DNA from: Escherichia coli
GTDB taxonomy: Bacteria > Pseudomonadota > Gammaproteobacteria > Enterobacterales > Enterobacteriaceae
Length of the DNA: 64,000 bases
Direction: 5' to 3' (one strand)
Assembly: GCF_009931435.1 (NCBI RefSeq)
Contig: NZ_CP043414.1
Shown here piece after piece: positions 1-17,275 of the stretch (its first letter is position 1; each line of letters opens with the position of its first letter). The notes below the pieces were generated by a model. It was given only the letters and a program-made list of their open reading frames with translations, was not told where the DNA came from and searched no databases. The translations under genes were made by a program, and so were the position numbers.

Positions 1-245
1 TGCTGAAAGCAGGGAGGCAAAGCGGGGAAAGCGGAGTCGATCGTTACTTTGAGCAACAGGTTTCGCTGGCGGCATTTACCGATGCAACGGCAACCACACT
101 TGATGATATACCCGTTACCTGGGCCAGCACGCCAGCGCGGGAACTTGGTACCACACTTGCGGATCGCATGATGCAAAAAATCACCCATGAAGAGACGCAT
201 TCACGCAATCTTATTATTCCCGCCCGGCTCATTGCGGCGAAATAA
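1..245 (+). CDS. malI: MalI (LacI-family maltose regulon repressor), C-terminal part; 5' end outside window
   Basis: Frame 3 is open from the window edge and ends ...HSRNLIIPARLIAAK, TAA at 243-245. It lies 111 bp upstream of hdhA, as in remembered K-12 synteny. Confidence 0.7.
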   Translation, partial: LKAGRQSGESGVDRYFEQQVSLAAFTDATATTLDDIPVTWASTPARELGTTLADRMMQKITHEETHSRNLIIPARLIAAK

Positions 246-356
246 TCCTCTCTTTATCTGCTATACCTGGTAGTGTCCTTTCCTCAAGGTTAATGATAAA
301 AAATGTGGCACACAGGCGGTGCCTTTTATTTTTACTGAAGTTCACAGGAGGTTTAT

Positions 357-1124
357 GTGTTTAATTCTGACAACCTGAGACTCGACGGAAAATGCGCCAT
401 CATTACAGGTGCGGGTGCAGGTATTGGTAAAGAAATCGCCATTACATTCGCGACAGCTGGCGCATCTGTGGTGGTCAGTGATATTAACGCCGATGCAGCT
501 AATCATGTTGTAGATGAAATTCAACAACTGGGTGGTCAGGCATTTGCCTGCCGCTGCGATATTACTTCCGAACAGGAACTCTCTGCACTGGCAGACTTTG
601 CCGTCAGTAAGCTGGGTAAAGTTGATATCCTGGTTAACAACGCCGGTGGCGGTGGTCCTAAACCGTTTGATATGCCAATGGCAGATTTTCGCCGTGCTTA
701 TGAACTGAATGTATTTTCTTTTTTCCATCTGTCACAACTTGTTGCGCCAGAAATGGAAAAAAATGGCGGTGGCGTTATTCTGACCATTACTTCTATGGCG
801 GCAGAAAATAAAAATATAAACATGACCTCCTATGCATCATCTAAAGCTGCGGCCAGTCATCTGGTCAGAAATATGGCGTTTGACCTGGGTGAAAAAAATA
901 TTCGGGTGAATGGCATTGCGCCGGGGGCAATATTAACCGATGCCCTGAAATCCGTTATTACCCCAGAAATTGAACAGAAAATGTTGCAACACACACCAAT
1001 CAGACGTCTGGGCCAACCGCAAGATATTGCTAACGCGGCGCTGTTCCTTTGCTCGCCTGCAGCCAGCTGGGTAAGCGGACAAATCCTCACGGTCTCCGGT
1101 GGGGGGGTACAGGAGCTCAATTAA
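357..1124 (+). CDS. hdhA: 7-alpha-hydroxysteroid dehydrogenase (SDR family)
   Basis: 255-aa ORF with GTG start. Carries the TGAGAGIG Rossmann motif and YASSK catalytic motif. Matches remembered HdhA. Confidence 0.95.
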   Translation: MFNSDNLRLDGKCAIITGAGAGIGKEIAITFATAGASVVVSDINADAANHVVDEIQQLGGQAFACRCDITSEQELSALADFAVSKLGKVDILVNNAGGGGPKPFDMPMADFRRAYELNVFSFFHLSQLVAPEMEKNGGGVILTITSMAAENKNINMTSYASSKAAASHLVRNMAFDLGEKNIRVNGIAPGAILTDALKSVITPEIEQKMLQHTPIRRLGQPQDIANAALFLCSPAASWVSGQILTVSGGGVQELN

Positions 1125-1136
1125 TACACTAACGGA

Positions 1137-1167
1137 CCGGTAAACAACCGTCCGTGTTGTTTACCGG
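1137..1167 (+). terminator. 12-bp perfect hairpin downstream of hdhA
   Basis: CCGGTAAACAAC-cgtccgt-GTTGTTTACCGG, 13 nt after the hdhA stop. No clear U tract follows. Confidence 0.45.
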
Positions 1168-1217
1168 GATAAACTCATCAACGTCTCTGCTAAACAACTG
1201 GCAACCAAATCACGGCT

Positions 1218-1231
1218 ATTGGTTAACCAAT
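1218..1231. promoter_or_regulatory. Perfect 14-bp palindrome ATTGGTTAACCAAT upstream of uidR; putative UidR (TetR-family) operator
   Basis: Perfect dyad. A near-identical copy lies upstream of uidA at 2264-2277. Confidence 0.45.
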
Positions 1232-1344
1232 TTGCGAGTGAAAAGTATACGAATAGAGTGTGCCTTCGCACTATTCAACAGCAATGATAGGCGCTCACCT
1301 GACAACGCGGTAAACTAGTTATTCACGCTAACTATAATGGTTTA

Positions 1345-1935
1345 ATGATGGATAACATGCAGACTGAAGCACAACCGACACGGACCCGGATCCTCAATGC
1401 TGCCAGAGAGATTTTTTCAGAAAATGGATTTCACAGTGCCTCGATGAAAGCCATCTGTAAATCCTGCGCCATTAGTCCCGGGACGCTCTATCACCATTTC
1501 ATCTCCAAAGAAGCCTTGATTCAGGCGATTATCTTACAGGACCAGGAGAGGGCGCTGGCCCGTTTCCGGGAACCGATTGAAGGGATTCATTTCGTTGACT
1601 ATATGGTCGAGTCTATTGTCTCTCTCACCCATGAGGCCTTTGGGCAACGGGCGCTGGTGGTCGAAATTATGGCGGAAGGGATGCGTAACCCACAGGTCGC
1701 CGCCATGCTTAAAAATAAGCATATGACGATCACGGAATTTGTTGCCCAGCGGATGCGTGATGCCCAGCAAAAAGGCGAGATAAGCCCAGACATCAACACG
1801 GCAATGACTTCACGTTTACTGCTGGATCTGACCTACGGTGTACTGGCCGATATCGAAGCGGAAGATCTGGCGCGTGAAGCGTCGTTTGCTCAGGGATTAC
1901 GCGCGATGATTGGCGGTATCTTAACCGCATCCTGA
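1345..1935 (+). CDS. uidR: TetR-family repressor of the uid (gus) operon
   Basis: 196-aa ORF with a TetR N-terminal HTH (RILNAAREIFSENGFHSASMKAICKSCAISPGTLYHHF). Sits directly upstream of uidA. Confidence 0.93.
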   Translation: MMDNMQTEAQPTRTRILNAAREIFSENGFHSASMKAICKSCAISPGTLYHHFISKEALIQAIILQDQERALARFREPIEGIHFVDYMVESIVSLTHEAFGQRALVVEIMAEGMRNPQVAAMLKNKHMTITEFVAQRMRDAQQKGEISPDINTAMTSRLLLDLTYGVLADIEAEDLAREASFAQGLRAMIGGILTAS

Positions 1936-2263
1936 TTCTCTCTCTTTCCGCGGGCTGGTGACAACTGAGCCCGCGTTTCATATCGTAATTTCTCTGTGCA
2001 AAAATTATCCTTCCCGGGTTCGGAGAATTCCCCCCAAAATATTCGTCGTAGCCATATGTCATGAGAGTTTATCGTTTTTAAGATACCCGAACGAACGTTC
2101 GATTGCTTATTTTATGGCTTCTGTCAACGCTGTTTTAAAGATTAATGCGATCTATATCACGCTGTGGGTATTGCAGTTTTTGGTTTTTTGATCGCGGTGT
2201 CAGTTCTTTTTATTTCCATTTCTCTTCCATGGGTTTCTCACAGATAACTGTGTGCAACACAGA

Positions 2264-5505
<3,242 letters not shown>

Positions 5506-5543
5506 TATTCAATAAAAATAATCAGAACATCAAAGGTGCAACT

Positions 5544-6809
5544 ATGAGAAAAATAGTGGCCATGGCCGTTATTTGCCTGACGGCTGCCTCTGGCCTTACC
5601 TCTGCTTACGCGGCGCAACTGGCTGACGATGAAGCGGGACTACGCATCAGACTGAAAAACGAATTGCGCAGGGCGGATAAGCCCAGTGCTGGCGCGGGAA
5701 GAGATATATACGCATGGGTACAGGGAGGATTGCTCGATTTCAATAGTGGTTATTATTCCAATATTATTGGCGTTGAAGGCGGGGCGTATTATGTTTATAA
5801 ATTAGGTGCTCGTGCTGATATGAGTACCCGGTGGTATCTTGATGGTGATAAAAGTTTTGGCTTTGCCCTGGGTGCAGTAAAAATAAAACCCAGTGAAAAT
5901 AGCCTGCTTAAATTAGGTCGCTTCGGGACGGATTATAGTTATGGTAGCTTACCTTATCGTATTCCGTTAATGGCTGGCAGTTCGCAACGTACATTACCGA
6001 CAGTTTCTGAAGGAGCATTAGGTTACTGGGCTTTAACGCCAAATATTGATCTGTGGGGAATGTGGCGGTCACGAGTATTTTTATGGACCGATTCAACAAC
6101 CGGTATTCGTGATGAAGGGGTTTATAACAGCCAGACGGGAAAATACGATAAACATCGCGCACGTTCTTTTTTAGCCGCCAGTTGGCATGATGATACCAGT
6201 CGCTATTCTCTGGGGGCATCGGTACAGAAAGATGTTTCCAATCAGATACAAAGTATTCTCGAGAAAAGCATACCGCTCGACCCGAATTATACGTTGAAAG
6301 GGGAGTTGCTCGGCTTTTACGCGCAACTCGAAGGTTTAAGTCGTAATACCAGCCAGCCCAATGAAACGGCGTTGGTTAGTGGACAATTGACCTGGAATGC
6401 GCCGTGGGGAAGCGTATTTGGCAGTGGTGGTTATTTGCGCCATGCAATGAATGGTGCCGTGGTGGACACCGACATTGGCTATCCCTTTTCATTAAGTCTT
6501 GATCGTAACCGTGAAGGAATGCAGTCCTGGCAATTGGGCGTCAATTATCGTTTAACTCCGCAATTTACGCTGACATTTGCACCGATTGTGACTCGCGGCT
6601 ATGAATCCAGTAAACGAGATGTGCGGATTGAAGGCGCGGTTATCTTAGGTGGTATGAACTATCGGGTCAGCGAAGGGCCGTTACAAGGGATGAATTTCTT
6701 TCTTGCTGCCGATAAAGGGCGGGAAAAGCGCGATGGCAGTACACTGGGCGATCGCCTGAATTACTGGGATGTGAAAATGAGTATTCAGTATGACTTTATG
6801 CTGAAGTAA
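5544..6809 (+). CDS. uidC: outer-membrane glucuronide porin
   Basis: 421-aa ORF with a signal peptide (…TSAYA/AQ) and a beta-barrel-like C-terminal F-rich end. Third gene of the uid operon. Confidence 0.92.
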   Translation: MRKIVAMAVICLTAASGLTSAYAAQLADDEAGLRIRLKNELRRADKPSAGAGRDIYAWVQGGLLDFNSGYYSNIIGVEGGAYYVYKLGARADMSTRWYLDGDKSFGFALGAVKIKPSENSLLKLGRFGTDYSYGSLPYRIPLMAGSSQRTLPTVSEGALGYWALTPNIDLWGMWRSRVFLWTDSTTGIRDEGVYNSQTGKYDKHRARSFLAASWHDDTSRYSLGASVQKDVSNQIQSILEKSIPLDPNYTLKGELLGFYAQLEGLSRNTSQPNETALVSGQLTWNAPWGSVFGSGGYLRHAMNGAVVDTDIGYPFSLSLDRNREGMQSWQLGVNYRLTPQFTLTFAPIVTRGYESSKRDVRIEGAVILGGMNYRVSEGPLQGMNFFLAADKGREKRDGSTLGDRLNYWDVKMSIQYDFMLK

Positions 6810-6817
6810 GAAAAAAC

Positions 6818-6845
6818 GCCGGAGAGAAAAATCTCCGGCATTTTG
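6818..6845. terminator. Hairpin between convergent uidC and ydgA (bidirectional terminator)
   Basis: GCCGGAGA-gaaaaa-TCTCCGGC followed by ATTTTGG. Confidence 0.65.
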
Positions 6846-6853
6846 GCTGTGAA

Positions 6854-8362
6854 TTACTGCTGCGGAATAGCGGGTACAGCCGGAACGTTTAATGCCGGCA
6901 TCGCAAACATGCCAACAAAATCTTCCAGTGGCATTTTCTGGCCGTTTAACGTGATCTGACCGTTAGCATATTGCAGGCTGGTGGTGATGGTATTGTCCTG
7001 CAAGGTGGTCAGACGGAACATCTGCCCCATTGCTGATGCACCTTCAACTTGCTGTTTCGCCAGTTTTTTCGCTTGATCTTCCTGATAACCTTCCAGCTTC
7101 GCTACCTGAGTCATCAACTCAGTTGCCATATCCACCGGAATGGTCAGTTTCGCATCCAGAGATTTAACCGAGCGGTCTACTTCCTGTGCCAGCGTTTGCG
7201 GCGCTTCTTTTGTCGTTGCCGGATCTTTCAGGAACAGCGACAGATTCAACGCACTTTCACCCTGACTGTTTTTCCAGCTTAACGGCGCGATAGTGATCAC
7301 CGGATCGCCTTTCAACATCAGCGGCAGGGCGCTAAAGAAGGCTTCCGTCACTTTCTCCTGATAAAGTTCGGGATTGTTGGCAATCTCTGGCTGTGCCAGA
7401 AGCGCCTGAGTTTGCGCGTTATATTGCTGACTAAACTGATGCCAGGCTTCGCCATCAATCTGGCCGACTTTTAAAGTCAGCTTGCCGCTGCCCAGATCCT
7501 GATTCTGTACCTTAAGGCTATTTAGCGAGTAATCCAGTTGGCTATTGATCGTTTTACCGTCATTGACCAGATCCGATTTACCGCTGATCTCCATGCCTTC
7601 CAGCAGTGCCAGTTCTTTGCCTTCCACTGAAATGGTCATTTTCTCCAGCGACAGTTTTTGGTTTCCTACGCGCTCACCAAAACTTGCCAGCGTGCTGGAA
7701 CCGTCGGTTTTCAGATTATTAAAGGTCAACTGCACTTTCTGGTTGTATTCGTTAACCGCGTCTATCCGACCACTTTGCGCCTCCCCTGAAAGGGAGATAG
7801 TTTTACCGTCTCTGTCAGCATTTAACTGGAACTCGCCGCCGCTAAAGGCGACTTTTTCATCCTTTTGCTCGTAATTCAGTGGCTTGAGCGAAATATCGGA
7901 ACTGGAATCACCGCTATAACCAATGCGGGAGTTAATCTCAAAAGGCGTTTCACCCTTTGCCATATCAAACAGTGGCTTGCTTACTTCGTTATTGACCAGC
8001 GTGGTTTGAATTGATGCCATAGACGGGATCAGGTTCAGTTTTTTAAGCTGGGCAAAGGGGAAGGGGCCATGATCAACTGATTCGTTGAAGATGACGCTCT
8101 GACCACTTTTAATCCACGGATTTTCTTTTCCGGCAACGGGTTTCACCAACAGCTGCAACTGGCTGCTGAATACGCCGCGATGATAGTTTTGATAACTTAC
8201 TTCCAGGTTGGATTCAGGAGCTGTCAGTTTGAGTTGCGCGTTCGCCTGCGCGACCATGTCTTCGAGATGGGTTTCTATCTTCTTGCCTGTATACCATGCG
8301 CCGCCTGTCCAGACTACGCCTAGCGCAACAATGACGCCTACCGCTACCAGCGATTTATTCAT
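6854..8362 (-). CDS. ydgA: DUF945 inner-membrane-anchored protein YdgA
   Basis: 502-aa ORF with an N-terminal TM helix (MNKSLVAVGVIVALGVVWTGGAWY). Synteny between uidC and manA. Confidence 0.9.
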   Translation of the reverse strand: MNKSLVAVGVIVALGVVWTGGAWYTGKKIETHLEDMVAQANAQLKLTAPESNLEVSYQNYHRGVFSSQLQLLVKPVAGKENPWIKSGQSVIFNESVDHGPFPFAQLKKLNLIPSMASIQTTLVNNEVSKPLFDMAKGETPFEINSRIGYSGDSSSDISLKPLNYEQKDEKVAFSGGEFQLNADRDGKTISLSGEAQSGRIDAVNEYNQKVQLTFNNLKTDGSSTLASFGERVGNQKLSLEKMTISVEGKELALLEGMEISGKSDLVNDGKTINSQLDYSLNSLKVQNQDLGSGKLTLKVGQIDGEAWHQFSQQYNAQTQALLAQPEIANNPELYQEKVTEAFFSALPLMLKGDPVITIAPLSWKNSQGESALNLSLFLKDPATTKEAPQTLAQEVDRSVKSLDAKLTIPVDMATELMTQVAKLEGYQEDQAKKLAKQQVEGASAMGQMFRLTTLQDNTITTSLQYANGQITLNGQKMPLEDFVGMFAMPALNVPAVPAIPQQ

Positions 8363-8462
8363 AATGATTATCCATAAAATGAAATCAGGCGGACTGGCCG
8401 CCTGAAGGTGTTATAAGCCTTTAATAAGCTTAGCAAGAGATGTTAATTTTTTCAGTAAGCTC

Positions 8463-9638
8463 TTACAGCTTGTTGTAAACACGCGCTAAACGGCCGTGGC
8501 CTTTGACAGTCACCGGTGATTCGTTGGCGGCAATAAACGCTGATTCACCCGGTTTAAGCTGTAACTGCTGAGAACCTTTACACAGCGTTGCATCGCCTTC
8601 GACGCAGAACAAAATGGCGGCACTCTGCTGGCTGATGGTGGTTTCTTTATCACTAAGGTCATGCAGCGAGAAGGCAAAATCATCCACCGGAATCGGGAAG
8701 TCCAGTTCTGCACCTTGTTTCACTGGCTGGGTCAACAACTGGTTAGCCGGTTTGGCTTCGAACTTCACGTTGGCAACCAGTTCCGGAATATCAATATATT
8801 TAGGCGTCAGACCCGCACGCAGCACGTTATCGGAGTTCGCCATCACTTCCAGCGCCACACCTTGCAGGTAAGCGTGCGGCGTTTCAGCGAACAGGAACAT
8901 CGCTTCGCCAGGATTCAATTTCACCACATTCAGCAACAGCGGGGAGAACAGACCGCTGTCATCCGGGTAAAATTCAGAAATTAAACGAATCGTTTGCCAC
9001 GGTTCACCCTGCTGACTGTCGAGCGCCGATTTTAAAATCGCCAGCGCGCGGGATTTTTCTTCCCCCTGCATATTCAGCAGGCTGGCGAACAGTTCGCTTA
9101 AACGTTCGGCATCAGGCTGTTGTAAAAAGTGAGCAATCGCCGGATGTGCACCTGCGACTGGCTGGAGTAGGGAGACAATCTCGGAAAACTCACGAAACGC
9201 GTTCATCGCAAGGAAAGGCGTCAGCGCAAAAACCAGCTCCGGCTTGTGGTTAGGATCTTTATAGTTACGCTCAGCGGCATCCATCGGAATACCTGCAGCA
9301 TTTTCTTTGGCAAAACCGATTTCAGAATTGCGTTTGTTTGGATGAACCTGAATGGAGAGCGGCTGTGCTGCGCACAATACTTTGAACAGGAAAGGTAGTT
9401 CGCCAAAGCGTTTGGCAACGGCCTCTCCGAGCAGAGTCGATTTATCACTCTCAATCACATCACGCAGTGAAACGATATCTCCGGCGGCATTCTTCACCTG
9501 TGAACTGCTTTTCGGATGTGCGCCCATCCACAGCTCGGCCATCGGCTGGCTGGACGGATTTTCCATACCATAAAGTTCAGTCAACGCCGTTTTGCTGCCC
9601 CAGGCATAGTTTTGCACTGAGTTAATGAGTTTTTGCAT
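8463..9638 (-). CDS. manA: mannose-6-phosphate isomerase
   Basis: Start taken at the internal Met (MQKLINSVQNYAWGSK...), giving 391 aa. The ORF-track version carries a 26-codon upstream extension. Confidence 0.95.
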   Translation of the reverse strand: MQKLINSVQNYAWGSKTALTELYGMENPSSQPMAELWMGAHPKSSSQVKNAAGDIVSLRDVIESDKSTLLGEAVAKRFGELPFLFKVLCAAQPLSIQVHPNKRNSEIGFAKENAAGIPMDAAERNYKDPNHKPELVFALTPFLAMNAFREFSEIVSLLQPVAGAHPAIAHFLQQPDAERLSELFASLLNMQGEEKSRALAILKSALDSQQGEPWQTIRLISEFYPDDSGLFSPLLLNVVKLNPGEAMFLFAETPHAYLQGVALEVMANSDNVLRAGLTPKYIDIPELVANVKFEAKPANQLLTQPVKQGAELDFPIPVDDFAFSLHDLSDKETTISQQSAAILFCVEGDATLCKGSQQLQLKPGESAFIAANESPVTVKGHGRLARVYNKL

Positions 9639-9836
9639 GATCAATCCCTGTTTAAATGTGGAAATTAATCCCGCTATTAAAGCAAGAATCCTACGGGAAG
9701 TAACCTGGAGCAGCAAAAAGTCGTACTAGTCTCAGTTTTTGTTAAAAAAGTGTGTAGGATATTGTTACTCGCTTTTAACAGGGCAACGGAACACCCGCCC
9801 AGAGCATAACCAAACCAGGCAGTAAGTGAGAGAACA

Positions 9837-11483
9837 ATGTCAAACAAACCCTTTCATTATCAGGCTCCTTTTCCACTCAAAAAAGATGATACTGAGTATT
9901 ACCTGCTAACCAGCGAACACGTTAGCGTATCTGAATTTGAAGGGCAGGAGATTTTGAAAGTCGCACCCGAAGCGTTAACTTTGTTGGCGCGTCAAGCGTT
10001 TCATGATGCGTCATTTATGCTGCGTCCGGCTCACCAACAACAGGTGGCCGACATTCTGCGTGACCCGGAAGCCAGCGAAAATGATAAATATGTGGCGCTG
10101 CAATTCCTGCGTAACTCCGACATCGCGGCAAAAGGCGTTCTGCCAACCTGTCAGGATACCGGCACCGCGATTATTGTTGGTAAAAAAGGGCAGCGTGTAT
10201 GGACCGGTGGCGGTGATGAAGCAGCGCTGGCGCGCGGTGTCTATAACACTTATATCGAGGATAATCTGCGCTACTCGCAAAACGCGCCGCTGGATATGTA
10301 TAAAGAGGTGAATACCGGCACTAACTTACCAGCGCAGATCGATCTTTATGCCGTTGATGGTGACGAGTACAAGTTCCTCTGTATCGCCAAAGGTGGCGGT
10401 TCGGCAAACAAGACGTATCTCTATCAGGAAACCAAAGCGTTACTGACGCCGGGGAAACTGAAAAATTACCTGGTTGAGAAGATGCGCACGCTGGGTACGG
10501 CGGCCTGTCCTCCGTATCATATTGCGTTCGTTATTGGTGGAACTTCTGCAGAAACGAATCTTAAAACGGTGAAACTGGCTTCCGCTAAATACTATGATGA
10601 ACTGCCAACGGAAGGAAATGAGCACGGTCAGGCGTTCCGCGATGTGGAACTTGAAAAAGAATTGCTGATCGAAGCGCAAAATCTTGGTCTGGGTGCGCAG
10701 TTTGGTGGTAAATACTTCGCTCACGACATCCGCGTGATTCGCCTGCCACGTCACGGCGCATCCTGCCCGGTCGGTATGGGCGTCTCCTGTTCTGCTGACC
10801 GTAATATCAAAGCGAAGATCAACCGTCAGGGGATCTGGATCGAAAAACTGGAACATAATCCAGGCAAATATATCCCGGAAGAGCTGCGCAAAGCGGGAGA
10901 AGGCGAAGCGGTGCGCGTTGACCTTAACCGTCCGATGAAAGAGATCCTCGCACAGTTGTCGCAGTATCCCGTTTCTACACGCTTATCGCTGAATGGCACG
11001 ATTATCGTCGGTCGTGATATTGCTCACGCCAAACTGAAAGAGCGGATGGATAACGGTGAAGGGCTGCCGCAGTACATCAAAGATCATCCGATTTACTATG
11101 CGGGTCCGGCCAAAACGCCGGAAGGTTATGCCTCCGGTTCTCTTGGCCCAACGACCGCCGGACGGATGGATTCTTATGTCGATCAACTGCAAGCGCAGGG
11201 CGGCAGTATGATCATGCTGGCGAAAGGCAACCGCAGCCAGCAGGTGACGGATGCCTGTAAAAAACACGGCGGTTTCTACCTCGGTAGTATCGGTGGTCCG
11301 GCAGCAGTATTGGCGCAGGGAAGTATTAAGAGCCTGGAATGTGTTGAATATCCGGAACTGGGAATGGAAGCCATCTGGAAAATTGAAGTAGAAGATTTCC
11401 CGGCGTTTATCCTTGTGGATGATAAAGGAAATGACTTCTTCCAGCAGATACAACTCACACAGTGCACCCGCTGTGTGAAATAA
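9837..11483 (+). CDS. fumA: class I (Fe-S) fumarate hydratase
   Basis: 548-aa ORF starting [31 protein letters not shown]. Confidence 0.96.
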   Translation: MSNKPFHYQAPFPLKKDDTEYYLLTSEHVSVSEFEGQEILKVAPEALTLLARQAFHDASFMLRPAHQQQVADILRDPEASENDKYVALQFLRNSDIAAKGVLPTCQDTGTAIIVGKKGQRVWTGGGDEAALARGVYNTYIEDNLRYSQNAPLDMYKEVNTGTNLPAQIDLYAVDGDEYKFLCIAKGGGSANKTYLYQETKALLTPGKLKNYLVEKMRTLGTAACPPYHIAFVIGGTSAETNLKTVKLASAKYYDELPTEGNEHGQAFRDVELEKELLIEAQNLGLGAQFGGKYFAHDIRVIRLPRHGASCPVGMGVSCSADRNIKAKINRQGIWIEKLEHNPGKYIPEELRKAGEGEAVRVDLNRPMKEILAQLSQYPVSTRLSLNGTIIVGRDIAHAKLKERMDNGEGLPQYIKDHPIYYAGPAKTPEGYASGSLGPTTAGRMDSYVDQLQAQGGSMIMLAKGNRSQQVTDACKKHGGFYLGSIGGPAAVLAQGSIKSLECVEYPELGMEAIWKIEVEDFPAFILVDDKGNDFFQQIQLTQCTRCVK

Positions 11484-11488
11484 ACAGA

Positions 11489-11512
11489 GCCGCCCTTCGG
11501 GGCGGTTTTTTT
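11489..11512 (+). terminator. Rho-independent terminator after fumA
   Basis: GCCGCCC-ttcg-GGGCGGT followed by T7. Confidence 0.8.
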
Positions 11513-11625
11513 ACATGGCACGAAAGACCAAACATTTGTTATCAAATAGTAAATAATGAGTGAGCTAAAAGTTGCTTAACGAAAGCAAAACAGAAAGAAA
11601 AAATTAATCAGGTGAGGAGCAGGCC

Positions 11626-15333
<3,708 letters not shown>

Positions 15334-15336
15334 CGC

Positions 15337-16056
15337 TTATTCCCATGCATGAGGCGCAAAAAGATAGCCTTTGTTACGCACAGTTTTAATGCGATAAGGT
15401 TCTGCGGCGTTATCGAGCAGTTTTTTTCTTAATCGCGAAATAGCCACATCCACGCTACGATCCAGACCATCATAACTGACGCCACGTAAGTTCTTCAGCA
15501 ATGCATCGCGGTCCATGATTTGCCCGGCATGAGTGGCTAATTCCCACAATAATTCGAAATCAGCCGTCGAGAGCGAGATTTCAGCATTAGCCAGAGTGAC
15601 TACGCGGTTGATGGGATCGATAGTCAACGTGCCGAAATGCATGGCTTTGTAGGGAGTCAGCGTCGTTTCCTGAAGACCTTTGCTCAGTGTGGCTTGCTCA
15701 TTCTGACGCAAATGCAAACGTAAACGCGCTAACAAAACAGCAGGGGGCGTCGTTTTGAGAATATAGTCGCAGGCACCCATTTCTAGTGCCAGGATGTGGT
15801 TCATATCGCTATCGAGAGAGGTTAGAAGAACAATCGGTCCGGACCACTTTGCGCGTAAATCACGACAAATGGTCATGCCGTCCTTGCCTGGTAGCATGAT
15901 ATCGAGTAACACCAAATCCGGATTTTCTCGCAGAATAGTTTCTTCGGCCTGGTCGCCGCGCGGCTCTACGGTAACCTGCATATCATGTTTTGCCAGGTAC
16001 GCGGCAATCAGTGAACCGACTTCCGCATCATCTTCCACAAATACGATAGTGTTCAT
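15337..16056 (-). CDS. rstA: OmpR-family response regulator RstA
   Basis: Start at MNTIVFVEDDAEVG (239 aa). Receiver domain plus winged-helix C-terminus. Confidence 0.93.
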   Translation of the reverse strand: MNTIVFVEDDAEVGSLIAAYLAKHDMQVTVEPRGDQAEETILRENPDLVLLDIMLPGKDGMTICRDLRAKWSGPIVLLTSLDSDMNHILALEMGACDYILKTTPPAVLLARLRLHLRQNEQATLSKGLQETTLTPYKAMHFGTLTIDPINRVVTLANAEISLSTADFELLWELATHAGQIMDRDALLKNLRGVSYDGLDRSVDVAISRLRKKLLDNAAEPYRIKTVRNKGYLFAPHAWE

Positions 16057-16184
16057 ATTATTCACGGTAGATATAAAAACGTCACAATACACCGCGCTGT
16101 TTTTACTTACTATCAATCGTTTCTAAACAAGGTTTCATCAGGTATTCTACTGGTGACTTGTTATGGAAGTGTTAAGGTAAAAAG

Positions 16185-16520
16185 ATGGGGCTGGTAATCA
16201 AAGCCGCGCTCGGTGCGCTGGTAGTGCTGTTGATTGGTGTTTTAGCAAAAACGAAAAATTATTATATCGCCGGGCTGATTCCACTTTTCCCGACCTTTGC
16301 GCTCATCGCGCATTATATTGTTGCCAGCGAACGCGGCATTGAAGCCTTACGCGCAACCATCATTTTTAGCATGTGGTCGATTATTCCCTATTTTGTTTAC
16401 CTGGCGTCGCTGTGGTATTTCACCGGAATGATGCGCTTGCCCGCCGCTTTTGTTGGTTCTGTTGCATGCTGGGGGATAAGCGCATGGGTGTTGATTATAT
16501 GCTGGATTAAGCTGCATTAA
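16185..16520 (+). CDS. ydgC: GlpM-family inner membrane protein
   Basis: 111-aa hydrophobic ORF. Synteny. Confidence 0.85.
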   Translation: MGLVIKAALGALVVLLIGVLAKTKNYYIAGLIPLFPTFALIAHYIVASERGIEALRATIIFSMWSIIPYFVYLASLWYFTGMMRLPAAFVGSVACWGISAWVLIICWIKLH

Positions 16521-17239
16521 CGCAGATGACGACCGCCATCAAGAGGGAAACTGCGTCCGGTGACAAAGCAGCTGGTAAGTAAGTAATCGACCAGGTCGAT
16601 CACTTCTTTCTCGCCAGGCGCGGTTTTCATCAGTGATTTATTCAGCGCCTGTTGTCGATATTCGGCATCATCATGCTCATTAAACAGGATCAGCGATGGC
16701 GCAATAGAATTCACTTTCACTTCCGGTGCCAGCTTGCGGGCAAACGAGCGGGTCATATTATCCAGTGCCGCTTTGCTTGCAGCATAGGCAATATGTTTGT
16801 CGCTACCGCGCTCCACCACATAATCGGTAAAGTGAATGATATCGCTGGCGGCGTGTCCGTGCCCACGCAGTAATCTTTCCAGCGCGTGGTTAAGTAGGTA
16901 TGGGACATTAACGTGGATCTGCATCATGCAGGCCAGTACGTCGGTGAGTGGCATACCTGGTTTTTCTGCCATCCACGCACTGGCATTGTGCAACACCGCA
17001 CGCAGGCCGTGGGTGCTTTTTAGCACTTCATCGGCAAACGCCATCACACCGTCGTTGGTCGAAAAATCAGCCTGAATACACAGCGCACCCGCATTCATCA
17101 GCCCATCAATGGCAGGATAGTGTGTCCGATAGCTGACTATCACCGGTTGCTTTTGATTAATGAAATGCCATGCGAGGGCGAGGCCGATGCGACGGCCGCC
17201 TCCAGTAATTAATATTGGCAAGGGCTGGGTTTTACCCAT
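16517..17239 (-). CDS. folM: dihydromonapterin reductase (SDR)
   Basis: 240-aa ORF with the ILITGGGRRIG motif. Its stop overlaps the ydgC stop. Confidence 0.92.
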   Translation of the reverse strand: MGKTQPLPILITGGGRRIGLALAWHFINQKQPVIVSYRTHYPAIDGLMNAGALCIQADFSTNDGVMAFADEVLKSTHGLRAVLHNASAWMAEKPGMPLTDVLACMMQIHVNVPYLLNHALERLLRGHGHAASDIIHFTDYVVERGSDKHIAYAASKAALDNMTRSFARKLAPEVKVNSIAPSLILFNEHDDAEYRQQALNKSLMKTAPGEKEVIDLVDYLLTSCFVTGRSFPLDGGRHLR

Positions 17240-17275
17240 CGTTATCTCCTTTGCTATCCAACGATGGGATGAACG